A DNA stretch of 64,000 nucleotides from Gracilinanus agilis (Eukaryota). Shown one piece after another: positions 1 through 13,560 of the stretch; position 1 is the first letter of the stretch, and the number at the start of each line of letters is the position of its first letter. The notes under the pieces are model-generated. The model had not been told where the DNA came from and did not search any database. It saw only the letters and a program-made list of their open reading frames with translations. The DNA lies in the NCBI RefSeq assembly GCF_016433145.1, contig NC_058133.1:267296898-267360897 (forward strand). Reading direction: 5' to 3'. Position numbers and translations under genes: made by a program.

Positions 1-300
1 GATTCCCAGAATACCTGGAGGAGGAGAATAGGGTTTAGGAAAAGGTTGGGTTATGAATGGCTTTAAAAGTCAAACAGAAGATTTTCTATTTAATTGTGGA
101 GATAATTGGTAGCCACTGGAGTTTACTAAATAGGACACAAAGAAAGGGGGAAGAGGACAGAGAATATATCTAGAAGAAAGTGGTGGTCACTATATGTAAG
201 AGGTAAAAGACTGAGAAGAAGTTATTTGATTCAGAAACAGAAATCATTCATTGGTGACTTCTGAGGGAGCAATTTTGTAAAATCAGAAGTCAAGACTGTA
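1..300 (-). mobile_element. L2 LINE fragment
   Basis: Purine-rich L2-like sequence (gccactggagttta...); boundaries approximate. Confidence 0.55.
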
Positions 301-514
301 AGGAGCTAGTTTCCTCATTTATAAAATAAAGATACTTTTATTAATGCATAACGGGTTTTGTAAAGAAAATATTTTGCATATCTTAATATATGTGCATTAT
401 TCTTCATAAATAATAAATATCAAAAATGTATCTAGCTCAATGTCACAAAATTTATAGTAACCTATTACTCAATTATGTAATGAACTTAAACCATTTTAAA
501 CTAATGACAACATT

Positions 515-750
515 ATCTTGGCAAAGTAGATAGAGCACTGGATTCAAAAAGACTGGAGTTAAAATTTACCTTCAGTTCCTTACTAGATATGGGACCCTAG
601 GCAAGTCATTTAACATCTAGTTGCCCTCATCTATAAAAATTGTGATAAAAATAGTATCTACCTCACAGGCTTTCTGTGAGGAAAAAATTATCTATGTGGA
701 CAGTGATCTGCAAACCTTAAAGCACTATATTAAGTGAATATTATTATTAA
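515..750 (+). mobile_element. MIR-type CORE-SINE
   Basis: ggcaagtcatttaac...cctcatctataaaa core. Confidence 0.75.
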
Positions 751-944
751 CCATGCCTACTCTTAAACAGCATTAGTTTATCAGTATGTAAAGAAAAATA
801 TAAGTTTATCTAGGAGGTAAATAATATACACAGAGATAAACTTTTTGACATAATTTATTATATAAAGTACCAATGTACATGATTATCCATTTTTTAAGAT
901 CCTTCTTAGGAGTCATTTAATCCTCCATGAAGTCTTCTTTGCCC

Positions 945-1180
945 TAATAAGTCAATAAGCATTTACTGGGTTGCCTACTTTGAGCCAGGCACTATGCTAA
1001 AGCCTGGGGATTCAAAGAAAAACAAAAAAATATTCCCTGCTTATGAAAAGCTCATAGTCTCAGAGGGGAGACAATATGAAAACATGATATACACTGGATA
1101 AGCTTTTTGCAGAAGGTAATACTTTAGCTGAGATTTGAAGGAAGGCAGAGGGCAGAAATGAGGTTAGATATCATCTCTCC
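945..1180 (-). mobile_element. L2 3' end
   Basis: caataagcatttact...ccaggcactatgctaa is the reverse complement of the L2 tail. Confidence 0.75.
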
Positions 1181-2529
1181 TCATTCTCATAGTATACTGT
1201 ATTTCTAAGGATTATTTCATTTTCATTTGTATTAGTTATTTCATTTGTTGTCCTCACTGATTTCTTCTCCTAAACTGTAAGTTCCTTGAGAGGAAACCTG
1301 CTTTTTTCTAATCATTAGATTATGATCCCAGTGCTGTATGCACCACAGATGATTAATCAGCATTTACAAAACTTATAGAATTCTACTGTGCTGGATAATT
1401 TTTATCATTAAGTAAAATGAAAACAAATTAAATGAATTTAAATTAACAGTTGTTTTTTTAAAAGATCCTCTACCCTACATCAACTCAAAAGAAGAAAAAT
1501 GGACACTTATGGTCCTTTTATCAAATGCTAAGGCATCAAAAGCTGGTCTGTTGTTAATAGTGCTTTTCCTCTGAAGAGTTCCATAGGCTTTATTACTGTC
1601 TCCAATTTATAAATTATTTGTACCATAAACATCATTAAATGTTCTACTATTAATAAATCATGGGGAAAAACATGATGATATATTAACTCAGAGATATAGC
1701 AGAAAGATGGAAAAGGGAGGAAAAAAAGACAAGCACTTTTATTTATTCCATCTTCTCTTCATATTTAATCGCTAAAGTATAAACTTAGGAAATGGAACAG
1801 AACAGTTCTAACTTTAGATTTTATCTAATGCTCAACAAAATGTTAGCATTTAATAAGTTGCAAGTAATACCACATATCTTAGGGGCATTATAATTTAATA
1901 TGAAATATTCTACAGTGAGGCCCATTTTGTGGATTAGGCTAGTTATCCATAAACCATATTTTTGATAAACTGGCTTATGACACAATAAACTTTATTGTAT
2001 TACAAGAGAAATATTGACTTATAGTATATTATGTGCTTGCAAATCCCAAACCTATAAAGTATTTATTTTTTATTTAAGATTTATAAAAACATGTCCATCT
2101 AAAGATGCCTCTGGGCACTCATACAGTAAAAAAGCCAAAACAAAAACAGGAACAAAAAGAAAAACTAAGCTCAGTTAAAAGGTTTTCTGTTTATTTGTTT
2201 AAAGCTCTAAAGAAAAGTAAGCCTTGTACTTGGAAGTCAACCAAAATAGCTAAGTTGGGTAAAGTTGTAAAGTCAACAAGTCTCTAAAAAAATTCAGGAA
2301 TGCCTAGAGACTTACAACTTGGGCTTCTTTATGGTTAAGATTTAAAGCTGATGGAATTTGGGGGCTGACCCCTATACCCAAATCCTCAAGCAGCCTCCTT
2401 AACATAACTTTGCCTTGAATATATTCTAAGACTTAAGCAATTGTTTTGCAAAATAAGTCACATGCTTCAATTATATTTTGGCAAATATATTATTATAATT
2501 TAATTTGAAAAATAGTTTCCAGTAATCAG

Positions 2530-2785
2530 AATGTGATTTGTTGTTCAGTTGTGTCTAATCTTCATGAACCCATTTGTGGTTTTCTTGGCAAAGATCGTAG
2601 AGGAGTTTGCCATTTCCTTCTCCAGCTCATTTTATAGATGAGGAAACTGAGGCAAACAAAGTGAAGTGAGTTGGGCCAAGGTCAAATAGTTGGGAAGTGT
2701 CTGAGGTCAGAGATGAACTCTAGAAAAAGAGTCTTCCTGAATTCAGGCCTACCCACCTTATACACTATGGTGTCACCTAGATATG
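2530..2785 (-). mobile_element. Mar1-type marsupial CORE-SINE
   Basis: gttttcttggcaaagat...ccagctcattttatagatgaggaaactgaggc. Confidence 0.8.
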
Positions 2786-2789
2786 GAAC

Positions 2790-5000
2790 AAAATGTGATT
2801 ATTATTCTATATTCTGCCCTGGTGAGATCATATGGGGATGATGTTCAGTTCTAGATACTACAGTTTAGGAAGAATATTAATAAGCTGAAGTGTTAAGAAG
2901 AAAGCATCCTGGATATTTAAGGGACATGACTCCACAGCACATGAAAATGTGTTTTTGAAAAAGAACTTCTATTTAGCCTGTAGAAAAATAAGGGGTGGGG
3001 GGAAGGGGCACATGATAGCTGTTATCATTCTACCCAAATTAATTTACTTATTTAGTGCCATACCTATCAAACTACCAAAAAACTTTTTTACAGAATTAGA
3101 AAACACTATAACAAAGTTCATTTGGAAGAACAAAGGATCAAGAATATCAAGGGAAATAATAAAAAAAAAACATGAAGGAAGGTGGTCTAGCAGTACCAGA
3201 TATTAAACTATACTACATAAAGCAGTGGTCATCAAAACAATATGGTCCTGGCTAAGAGACAGAAGGGAGGATGATCAGTGGAATAGACTTGGGGTAAGTG
3301 ATGTCAGCAAGTCAGTGTATGATAAACCCAAAGAGCCCAACTTTTGGGACAAAAATCCACTCTTTGACAAAAACTGCTGGGAAAATTGGAAAACAATATG
3401 GGAGAGATTAGGTTTAGATCAACATCTCACACCCTACACCAAGACATATTCAGAGTGGGTGAATGACTTTAATATAAAGAAGGAAACTATAAGAAAATTA
3501 GGTGAACACAGAATAGTATACTTGTCAGATCTCTGGGAAAGGAAAGATTTTAAAACCAAGCAAGAGTTAGAAAAAATTACAAAATGTAAAATAAATAATT
3601 TCAATTACATTAAATTAAAAAGGTTTTGTACAAACAAAAGCAATGCAACTAAAATCAGAAGGGAAACAACAAACTGGGAAAAAATCTTTATAACAAAAAA
3701 ATCTGACAAAGGTCTAATTACTAAAATATAAAAGGAGCTAAATCAATTGTACAAAAAAATCAAGCCATTCTCCAGTCAATAAATGGGCAAGGGACATGAA
3801 TAGGCAATTTTCAGATAAAGAAATCAAAACTATCAATAAGCACATGAGAAAGTGTTCTAAATCTCTAATAATGAGAGAAATGCAAATCACAACAACTCTG
3901 AGGTGTCACCTCACACCCAGTAGATTGGCTAATATGACAGCAAAGGAAAGTAATAAATGTTGGAGGGGATGTGGCAAAATTGGGACATTAATGCACTGGA
4001 GTTGTGAATTGATCCAACCATTCTGGATGGCAATTTGGAACTATGCCCAAAGAGAGTTAAAAGAATGCCTGCCCTTTGATTCAGCTATACCATTGCTGGG
4101 TGTGTACCCCAAAGAGATCATAGGGAAAAAGACATGTACAAAAATATTTATAGCCACGCTCTTTGTGGTGGTAAAAAACTGGAAAACAAGGGTATGTCCT
4201 TCAATTGGGGAATGGCTGAAGAAATTGTGGTATATGCTGGTGATGGAATACTATTGTGCTCAAAGGAATAAAGAACTGGAGGAATTCCATGTGAACTGGA
4301 AAGACCTCCAGGAATTGATGCAGAGTGAAAGGAGCAGAGCCAGGAGAACATTATATACAGAGACGGATACATTGTGGCACAATCGAATGTAATGGACTTC
4401 TATTCAGAGGAAGAACTACAGGAGTGGAAACACAGAAGAAAAACAACTGCTTGAACACATGGGTTAATGAGGACAGGATTTGGATGCAGACTCTTAATGA
4501 CCACCCTAGAACAATTATCAATAATATGGAAATAGGTCTTGATCAAGGTACAGGAAGAAACCAGTGGAAATGTGTGTTGGCTACTGGGGGGCTGGGGAAG
4601 TGGGGAGAGAGAGCAAGAACATGAATCATGTAACCATGGAAAAATTTTTCTAAAAAATAAAAATAAAATAAAAAAATAGAATTAAAAAAATGATATCTGT
4701 TATCAAATATTTGAAAATTGCTATGTAAAGGGATTAGTTTTGGAGCTGAGAACAAAACCAGGAGTAATAGAAATTTATAAAGAGAGGAAAATTTAGCCTT
4801 GATATTAAAAAAAACTTTTAACAATTAGAACTATACAAAAATGCAAGGAACTAGTTGCCTATCAAAGGAACGGGTTTCTCTTCAGTGGAAGTCCTTTGAG
4901 CAGAGGCTAGAGCCCATTTATTGGGTAAGTTGTAAGAGAAATTCTTTTTCTGATATTGATTAGACCAAAAGGCAACTTCACAACTCTAAAATTTGCACAT
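2790..5000 (+). mobile_element. L3/CR1 3' fragment split by an L1 insertion (2790-3026 and 4690-5000)
   Basis: CR1-like text runs continuously across the L1: ...catgatagctgttatc | aaatatttgaaaa...gtcctttgagcagaggct. Confidence 0.75.
3027..4689 (+). mobile_element. 5'-truncated marsupial L1 (ORF2 C-terminus, 3' UTR, A-rich tail)
   Basis: ORFs 2949-3206, 3225-3731 and 3796-4392 are frameshifted L1 ORF2; 15-bp TSD atgata(g/t)ctgttatc at 3012-3026 and 4690-4704. Confidence 0.95.
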
Positions 5001-7097
5001 GACAGGAAATTTCAGAAAATATACACCTATTTGTATTTGTTTACTGGTAATGTCTTCATAGGTAGAATCACTGCTATAAATAGTTTTAGTAAAAGTTGGA
5101 TAAAATACAAAGCACTATGCATATAACTTCTAATAAATTTATAACAATAGAGAGTATAATCATTGCAAAAAAGGAATTTTCAACAAGTAATGAAAGGGAT
5201 GATATAGCTATTAATCATATGAATGTTGTGAACACAAAAATTATCAGAGATAATTGAAGAATCCAAACAACAGTGGTGTTGTAACTGAAGTAACAGATAC
5301 TGAGATATAGATGACAATTCCAAAAATATTAACTCTAATATTCATGCACAACAAGGATCTACCCACTCAGAAAATGGCTCAAGATCTTTTACAAACTGGT
5401 TCTGAACAGATTAATCCACACTTAAATCACATATGAAGAAATCATAAAATATAGTTGTCTGAGTGGTTTATCCACATATATTTATCTACACACATGAGAC
5501 TTAAAAGATCAAATTATTTATCTTCTATATTATGCATCTCATAAAAAACAGAACACACATTTTTTGCCAACATACTTGATTTTAGTTATAAATGTATCCA
5601 AGGAGTCCAGAAAACTCACAAGAGGTTCCCCCAATAGAAAATATTCTAAGATGTAAGGAGTTTAAAAGAAATAATTCCTAGCCACAAACTGTAGTTTCAG
5701 CAAGAAATTCCACACTTTCAAATGTAAATTATATGCTAACCTCTGTTAAGCCCTCTATTTTTGATCATCAGTTATCTATTCCAAATTTGAAATGTTTCCT
5801 CACAACAAATCTATAATATACTCCTCTCTCGAAACACATCAAAAACATTTCCAGTTTCTGGTTTCAGTAACAAGTGATAAAATTATTTCAATTTCACTCA
5901 TTTTCACTACACCAAAATGGTATACATTTGCCAGGCTAAAACAATCCGTTTCTCTTTCATTTACACACTTATCTCTGAAGGCAGCATGAAGTATGTCATA
6001 AGAATCATCTTTCTTCACAGCCTGTTACGTATGCTTTGTAATTTAGTGGAAATTGAAATCATCAGTAATCATTTCTTCCTGTTCTCTTGTCTGCTAATGT
6101 CCTTTTTTCAGGTCTTTTCTACTCAGCTTTTGCCAACACATTTTTTTAAAAAGCCATTTCCCTTCTTTTTAAAATGAAAATGTGCCTACAAGGTTCAATA
6201 TTTTTAAGTAGTACATTTTTAGGTGGCACCTTGGAAAAAACATACACCATTTTCAAAGCAAAATTTTCCTTTTGCTCAATTCACATGCTTTTCTGTCTCA
6301 GAAATATGTCCTTAGAGGTATGTAAATGAAGGGAGAGGCAAGGCATATGCAACATCTCTAAAAGAAAATCACACACCAAGATTCCTATTTGAACGCTGAC
6401 ATGGTAATTCAACATTAAGATATCTGCTTCCCCAGAAGACAAAATCTTTTAAAGGTCAATGTCAACAAGCTTAGGCCAGAAGCAAAATCTACCTTTAAAT
6501 TGTTGTAACTTGATAGAAGAGATAAAAGTTAGACATCTTATCCCTTAAAAGAGAAGGTAAAAAAAGAGAAAGAATAAATTTATAAGAAAATGAATGTAGC
6601 TAGGCAAAAGTTACACCAAAGACACCAGTTAAAATAAAAAATAGTCAAAATGGATAAGTGAATCCACGGATACAAACCCCTTGTAAATTCTAAGGATGTA
6701 AGGTTTTTCTTTATATTATCACTGGTTTGTGCTATAAGCCACAATATAAGCCAATGTGATGCTTTTTTTTTTTATACTGATGCTTAAATATCTGGTACTA
6801 TTATTGAACCTGGTATTTTATAAACAATCATATAAGAATTCCAAAGGACTAAAAGAATTGAAACAAGTACAATACTAAGGGCTAACAGAAATAGAAAATT
6901 ATTGGAATTGAAGTTCATGTTAACAATCCATTTGAATAGTTTTACATAATATTCTTAAAATATAGAACTTAAAATACAGAACTCCTAAAGCCAGTGAAGG
7001 AGTCAGATTCCTATTCTATTCCTAATACTAGGAAAACGGTCAACATTCAATTAATATTTGTTGGCTAATTCACTGTCCAAAATGGCAACAGTATGTA

Positions 7098-7310
7098 AAT
7101 ATATATACATATATACATATACATACACACATACACATATGCATATGTGCTATATAAAATATACATGTTACACACATGCAAAATATAAAAACAAAACCAT
7201 CCCTTTAATTAGCATCAATTTCATATAATCTAGTTCTTCTAGATACTGTGCTCAGTACTACATGAAAGATCTATCTACTTAGACACACACACACACACAC
7301 AAACACAAAG
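7098..7310. repeat. (AT/AC)n low-complexity tract and (CA)n microsatellite
   Basis: Seen directly at about 7098-7180 and 7283-7307. Confidence 0.8.
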
Positions 7311-7484
7311 GTATTTACCTTACAAAAGGCAGTTCTGGCAGTGAACTGAAAGCTAGGTGGCCTCAGAGACATAAACCACAGAAAGAGATTAAAAAATTGG
7401 CCCTGGCTAGTAGGTGGGATGGGAGCAGAATATTATAAGCTGAGGGAAAAAGCACCATTGGGAAAAAGGTTGCCTTTAAAAATA

Positions 7485-7683
7485 GGGCAGCTGGGTGGCT
7501 TAGTGGATTGAGAGCCAGGCCCAGAGAGGGGAGATCCTAGCCTCAAATCTGGCTTCAGATCCTTCCTAGCTGTACAACCCTGGGCAAGTCACTTGAACCC
7601 CATTGCCTAGCCTTTACCACTCTTCTGCCTTGGAACCAGTACTGTATATTGATTCCAAGATGGAAGGTAAGGGTTTAAAAAAA
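7485..7683 (+). mobile_element. Opossum SINE-1 (SINE1_Mdo-like)
   Basis: gggcagctgggtggc...gtggattgagagccaggcc...gcaagtcactt...gaaggtaagggtttaaaa. Confidence 0.9.
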
Positions 7684-7689
7684 TACTAC

Positions 7690-9930
7690 ACTAAAATAAC
7701 TGAAGAGACATATTCAGAAGAAGAGAAAAAATTCTTAATTTGAAAAAAAAATAAGAGGGAAACAGAAAACTATAAACATAATTCTTATAACTTCCAAAGC
7801 AAATGGATTAAATAATCCAATAAAGTAAAAGGGAATGACAAATTGGATCAGAAAACAAAATTCCACTATCTGTTGCTTATAAGAAACACATTTAAAAAAC
7901 AAAGACATACACAAAATAAAAATGAGGAACTGAAAAAGATGTACTAATGCATTAAATAAATCCAAAAAAGGAAGCGTTTTAAAATGTATTATGAATGAAA
8001 TGAATGTAAAATAGATTTAAATCAGAGATGAAGGGATAGTTTAATATTAGGAAAATAACAAACATAATCTTATTAAAATGGAAATATTCAAAAAGCACAT
8101 AATTAAAAGAATAGCTGCAGAAGAACTTTTGTCAAAGTACAAAATAAGTCAAAGGACTCATACAGATTTCATTACAGAATGCTCTTTGAAGAAATAAAGA
8201 ACTTAAATAATTGGAAGACTTTTTTATGTTGAGCTGTGCCAATTAAAAAAAGATACCACCAAAGTTAATTTACTGCTAATGCTATATCAATCAAATACCA
8301 AAAGGTATCAAAAGGGATATTCCATAGAACTTGATAAAATAATAACAAAATTTATTTGGAAAAACAACAGATCTAGACTACCAATGGAAATAATGAAAAG
8401 AGGCAGGGAAAAAGGGATAAATAGCACTTCCAGAAGTAAAGGGGAAAAAATTAGTTTTGGTTGGACTAAATATTTAAAGGGGTGGTTGCCAAGGAATTGA
8501 TTTAATTCCTAATGAAAGACTCAAGTCAGAATGACTTTTATGGTAGTTTATTAGAGAGTGAAAGTAAGAAAGTCAGAGAAAGGATAGGGCAAGATATTTA
8601 ACCTAACATGCTAAATATATTTCCTCCAGCTCTTGGCTCAACCCAGTCAGGGCTAATTAGTCCTCAATCAGAGGGGCCTTAGCCTTGAGCCGAGGGCCAA
8701 GATCCTGGGGATGAATAAAGGAAAGGCTTCAGTCACAAAGCCTCTCTTAAGAGGAGAGTCTCTTCAGAACAATACTGGAAAAAGTCAGTCTTTTTCATTC
8801 ATCACGTGGTAGTTCAAAGGGAGAGATTTAAGAACAGTCTCACCAAGTCTAAGGTCTCAGGTCCAGTAAGCAGATTCTTTACCAGCCTCCAACTCAAACT
8901 CCCAAGAACGAAGAAGTCCCACAGGAAATTGTAACTCCCTTTTAAAAGCCCTTCTTTTGCATCACTTCCTGTGCAATCCTGCCATTTTACATTTACCAAT
9001 CACAACAATTGCTTAGGATTGACTGCTGGGCAGTCAGTTGATTCTGATTAGTTACCTACTCTAGTACACATGGGTCACAGACCTCCCCCTCTTGAGAATT
9101 AAGTGAGGTTTTTTTATGCTTTGGTGATTTAATCTAAAAATAGGCAGGGTAGAATTAATCCCATCTTCACACAGACCTCAAATGATATTAAAAAATTAAC
9201 AGTTTTCAAAACCATCTGGTTTTGGTTATGAAACAGAGAGGTATCAATGGAACAGACTGAACAAGGGAGAATCAACTCTATAGCCCAGTACTTGACAAAG
9301 AATTGTAGAGAATTTATAACCACATGAAAGAATGCCCCAAATATTTAAAAATTAGAGAAAAAGAAATCAAAACATACTGAGATTTCACCTCACATCCCAA
9401 AAATTGACAAATACAAAAAAATGTAATAGTCAATGTTTAAGATGTGGGATGATAGGTATACTAATATACTGCTGGTAGCACACCGAAATGGCACAACTAT
9501 TTTAAAAAGAAATTTGGAACATATAAATAAAATAACAAAAATGTCCATATCCTCTGAACCAGAGACTACATTAATGGGAAGATCCCAGAGGAATTCATCA
9601 ATAAGAAAAAGTCTCCATATAATCCAAAACAGTCATGAACATCACTTTTTTATGATTACTAAGAACTGGAAACAAAGTAGATGTCCATAGATTGGTGAAT
9701 GGTTAAGAAGTCATAGTACCTGTAATAGAATATAACTGTGTTGTAAGAAATGATATATATGATAACTACAGAGACATATAGAAAGATATGCGTAAACTAA
9801 AATTAAGTGAAGTAAGCAGAGCCAAGAAAATAATATATACAATGGCTACAACTATGTAAATGAAAACCACTCAACACAAAAAAAAGTAGCATATAACAAA
9901 ACTATAAAGAACAAGCAGGACAAGAATAAA
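7690..9930 (+). mobile_element. Old L1 ORF2/3' UTR fragments interrupted by an LTR
   Basis: IKANGLNNPIK-like and [12 protein letters not shown] segments; L1 text tagcacttccaga|cctc resumes after the LTR. Confidence 0.8.
8435..9171 (-). mobile_element. Solo LTR, probably ERV1-like, sense to BTBD9
   Basis: 4-bp TSD CAGA (8431-8434 and 9172-9175); minus-strand start tgtgaagatgggattaa matches the LTR at 41671; AATAAA on minus strand at 8547-8552. Confidence 0.85.
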
Positions 9931-10254
9931 AAGATATGAGAAGACACTCAACCTATCCTTTTCATGGAGTTGAGAGTTTCACAGGTAAATGTACATCACA
10001 TAGGTTTTTGGGTTTTCAATTTACTGATTGGTTGAGCAGGAAGTTTATTTTTTTCTATTATTTTTCTTATTTCTTTACTTTTGTCTTAAAAATATTCTTT
10101 GTTTTATGGGATGGCTGCTCTCTAGGTGTGAAAGAAGTAGAGTAGGGAGAAAATATGTTAAAAAAGACAGCAATAAAAATTTATTTTTTATAAAGAATCC
10201 ATTCCCTCTAGCTATGAAATTACCAGATCTGGTTCTCTTTCAATTTTTTTGAGG

Positions 10255-10500
10255 GAATGGGGAGCACAGTGGATAGAGTGGCAGGCCTATAGTCAGGGAG
10301 ACATGAGATCAAATACAGTTTCAGACAATTACAAAACTGTGTGACCCTGGGAAAGATAATTAACATCTCTGCCTCAGTTTCCTCCTTTGTAAGATGAGGA
10401 TAATAAGAGTATTTACCTCCAAGTACTGTTGTGAGATCATTAAAAGTGTTCAGCATGGTGCTTGGCACATACTGAGCTCTAAATAAACATTATCCCTTAT
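10255..10500 (+). mobile_element. MIR-type SINE
   Basis: ctgtgtgaccctgg...tgcctcagtttcctc core. Confidence 0.75.
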
Positions 10501-10708
10501 TATTCATTGTATCCATTTTTGGTTTACTTAGTTTTGGTGCCAAATTTGGTATGCACCAATGAAGGGTCAATTGTCAGTGTAGGATTTAACACCTCAGAAA
10601 ATGGCAAAAAAATTGAGAGTTGACTTATTGTTGTTGATTATCTAGACTTAAGAAAGTGATGGAAAAAACATTAATAATGCACATTAAACTTGCAAGTTTG
10701 TCCTGTGT

Positions 10709-10923
10709 GTGTGTGTGGTTTTTTTTTTGGTGGTTGTTGTTTTTTTTAACCCTTGTACTTCGGTGTATTGTCTCATAGGTGGAAGAGTGGTAAGGGTGGG
10801 CAATGGGGGTCAAGTGACTTGCGCAGGGTCACACAGCTGGGAACTGGCTGAGGCTGGGTTTGAACCTAGGACCTCCTGTCTCTAGGCCTGACTCTCACTC
10901 CACTGAGCTACCCAGCTGCCCCC
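10709..10923 (-). mobile_element. Opossum SINE-1
   Basis: TSD tgtcctgtgt at 10699-10708 and 10924-10933. Confidence 0.92.
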
Positions 10924-11959
10924 TGTCCTGTGTTTTTAAGAGAGCCTGTTGGTTTAAACATTAACACACATACCCTTGTGTAAGCCATGTATCGAAATCT
11001 AGTTTCTACCAGACTGTTTTCCATTTCTCTAGAAATTCCAATTTTTAAAATCTTATATCAAAATAAGACCTATATATGTTACCTCTGAAATTTAGTCACC
11101 GTAAAGACAAGTCCCTAGATCTAAGTACCTCTTCAATTCACTTACCCAAGACCAGTAAAGCAAAGGATAAAATTCAGTGCTTTCACAGGACAAATTTCAT
11201 AGAATATAAAATGTTAATTATATATCAACAAAACAGTCATATGAATGAAAACAATAGAGAATAAATAATATAGTCTAAGGAAATGATTTTCCAACCTATA
11301 CTTAGAACAAGGCTCTCCTGAGCCATATTTAGTTGAGAGCAGAAAATTCAACACATCATGTTCTCCCATTTGTCTCTCTTCTCTAATAATTACAAAAAGT
11401 ATAAATTTTTCTTTCAACTAGAAAGAAATTAATTTGAAAACTTCCAAAGGAATTTAGTTTGTTTTCCTTTCTACCACAAAAAAAGGATTTTCTAGTTAGC
11501 ACAACTTTTGATTGAAGCATTTAGATATTAGAAATCAGTAAATTAATATTAAAAGTACAGAGAAGCAACTAAGTGACTTAATTTTTCTTCTCAGATGATA
11601 AAATAAGACAAAATGATATTTATTACTATATCAAAAGAAGAAGACAATATGGGGTGGAGCTTTTTCAACTTAGATTATATTTATGACTGGACTTTTTAAT
11701 ATTTGGATGAAAATCAAACCTAATGACTACCACTGTAAAAAAGCAAGATGAGTTGCTATAAATGGAATAAAGACAAGCCATTATTTTGCAGTGGGAAAAA
11801 ATCTCACTTCCATTATGATATTCACAACATGAGCACTTCAAGATATTCATATACTTCTAAAGAAAAGCACACTAGTCTGGCTACCATCATACCATCAGAC
11901 CTAAAGAATAGCAGGTCACACAATGCACTTGCTAAGAATGAATGAATAAATATTTTGTT

Positions 11960-13560
11960 ATTATTTCAAGTGAAAATTCTCTATCTCTTCTTCCTGGGTT
12001 TTGTTACTAAGGTACTTTAAAAAATTGATTATTTCTATGCCTTTATTTTATATCCTGCTCTTTAATGAAGTCTATTAATTGTCTGAACAAATATCTATGG
12101 TATTCTAAGTAAACCATTATGTTGTATAAAAACAGAAATAATTTGGCCTCTTATTTGCGTCTATTTATTGCTTCAATTTCCTTTTCTTGCCTTATACCAT
12201 AGATAAGTGTATTTTCTAACATTATACCAAATAACAGTGAAGTCACTGGATATCTTAACTTTACAACCCTGACCTTAACAGCAATCCTTAGAATGCTTTT
12301 CCATTACAAACACTGGCTCTTGAACTTATATACTTTTTATTATTTTAAGGAAAGTTCTTTTTCATTCCTATGCTTTTCAGTGTTTTAACATAAATAAACA
12401 AGACCTACATTTTGTCAAAATATCAATTCATATAATTATATTTTTATTTTGTGCTTATAATTTTCCTAATATTAAACTATCCTTGCACTCTTGTTATAAA
12501 TCAAACTTGTTAAAAGACTTACTAAATGTTTTATTTGATGTTTTTGTATGTATTCTTAAGTGATAGTGATTGATAGTTTATTTTTCTGTGCTTTATCTTT
12601 TCTGGTATCAATTTTGAGTTAAAGTCCTCTCCTACAAAGGGAAAGGGAAAGAACAACTGAGGTAGAGTGAAGTATTAGGACCATATTAGATCCAAAGAGG
12701 GATTGTAGTAGGGTGTCTTCCTTCTCTACTTGTATAATGAACTTATATAACAAAGAGGTTAAATATTCTTTCTGTATTTAAAAATATTCATTTGTAAATC
12801 CATCTTGTTTCAACATTTTCAGAATTTCTTTAGAGCAGTGATGGGCAAACTTTTTAAAGATGAGGCCAAAGGAAAGGAAATGCTCATCTATCAGTCTGTT
12901 TCTAAGGCAACTCTTTTCGAAGTTTCATTGTATTGTATCCTACTCATTGTATTAATCAGATTAGGAATAATGTCACCAGGAAGAATAGAACATTTCAGCC
13001 CCCCCCCCCCCCCCGCATCTGGCCCGCGGGCCTTAGTTTGCCCATCACTGCTTTAGGGAGTTTATTTATGAATTCTCAATTTTTCTAATAGTAGATGTTT
13101 AGACTTTCTATTTCTTATTCTGTATATTTTAAAGAACTTTTAACCATTTAACTTTTTGGTCTGGTTGGCATATAATTGGGTATAACAGTTTGTAATTTTA
13201 AAAAATTTACTCCATTTACTATGAATTAATTTTCTCTTGTCATTTTTTGAGCCAAATCAGCTAACAATTTTCTTGCTGTATTATTTTTTAAATTAGCTAC
13301 AGATTTATCTCAATAATATTTTTATTTTCAAAATTTATCCCTTCTTTGATTTTTACTATTTCTACTTCTGTATTCAAGGCTGGATTACTTTGTTGCTCTT
13401 CTGTTGTTTTTTTTTAATCATATGCACAAATCATTAATCATTTTTTATTGATGTGGTTTTGGAGATATTGTTTTCTTAATTAATTATTTCTTTGATTTGG
13501 TTTCTGACACACTCAATATTTAAAAGTCATTTGCCTCCATTTAGGTCTGAACCTTTTGTT
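11960..13560 (-). mobile_element. Old L1 ORF2 fragments hosting a hAT MITE
   Basis: T-rich antisense L1-like text (tattctaagtaaaccattat..., aaatattcttctgta...). Confidence 0.65.
12836..13050. mobile_element. hAT MITE family A, copy 1
   Basis: TIR CAGTGATGGGCAAACT...AGTTTGCCCATCACTG; 8-bp TSD ctttagag/ctttaggg. Confidence 0.95.

Noticed and set aside
2949-4392. Longest ORFs (85, 168 and 198 aa) as host genes
   Set aside because: They are frameshifted pieces of L1 ORF2 inside a TSD-bounded L1
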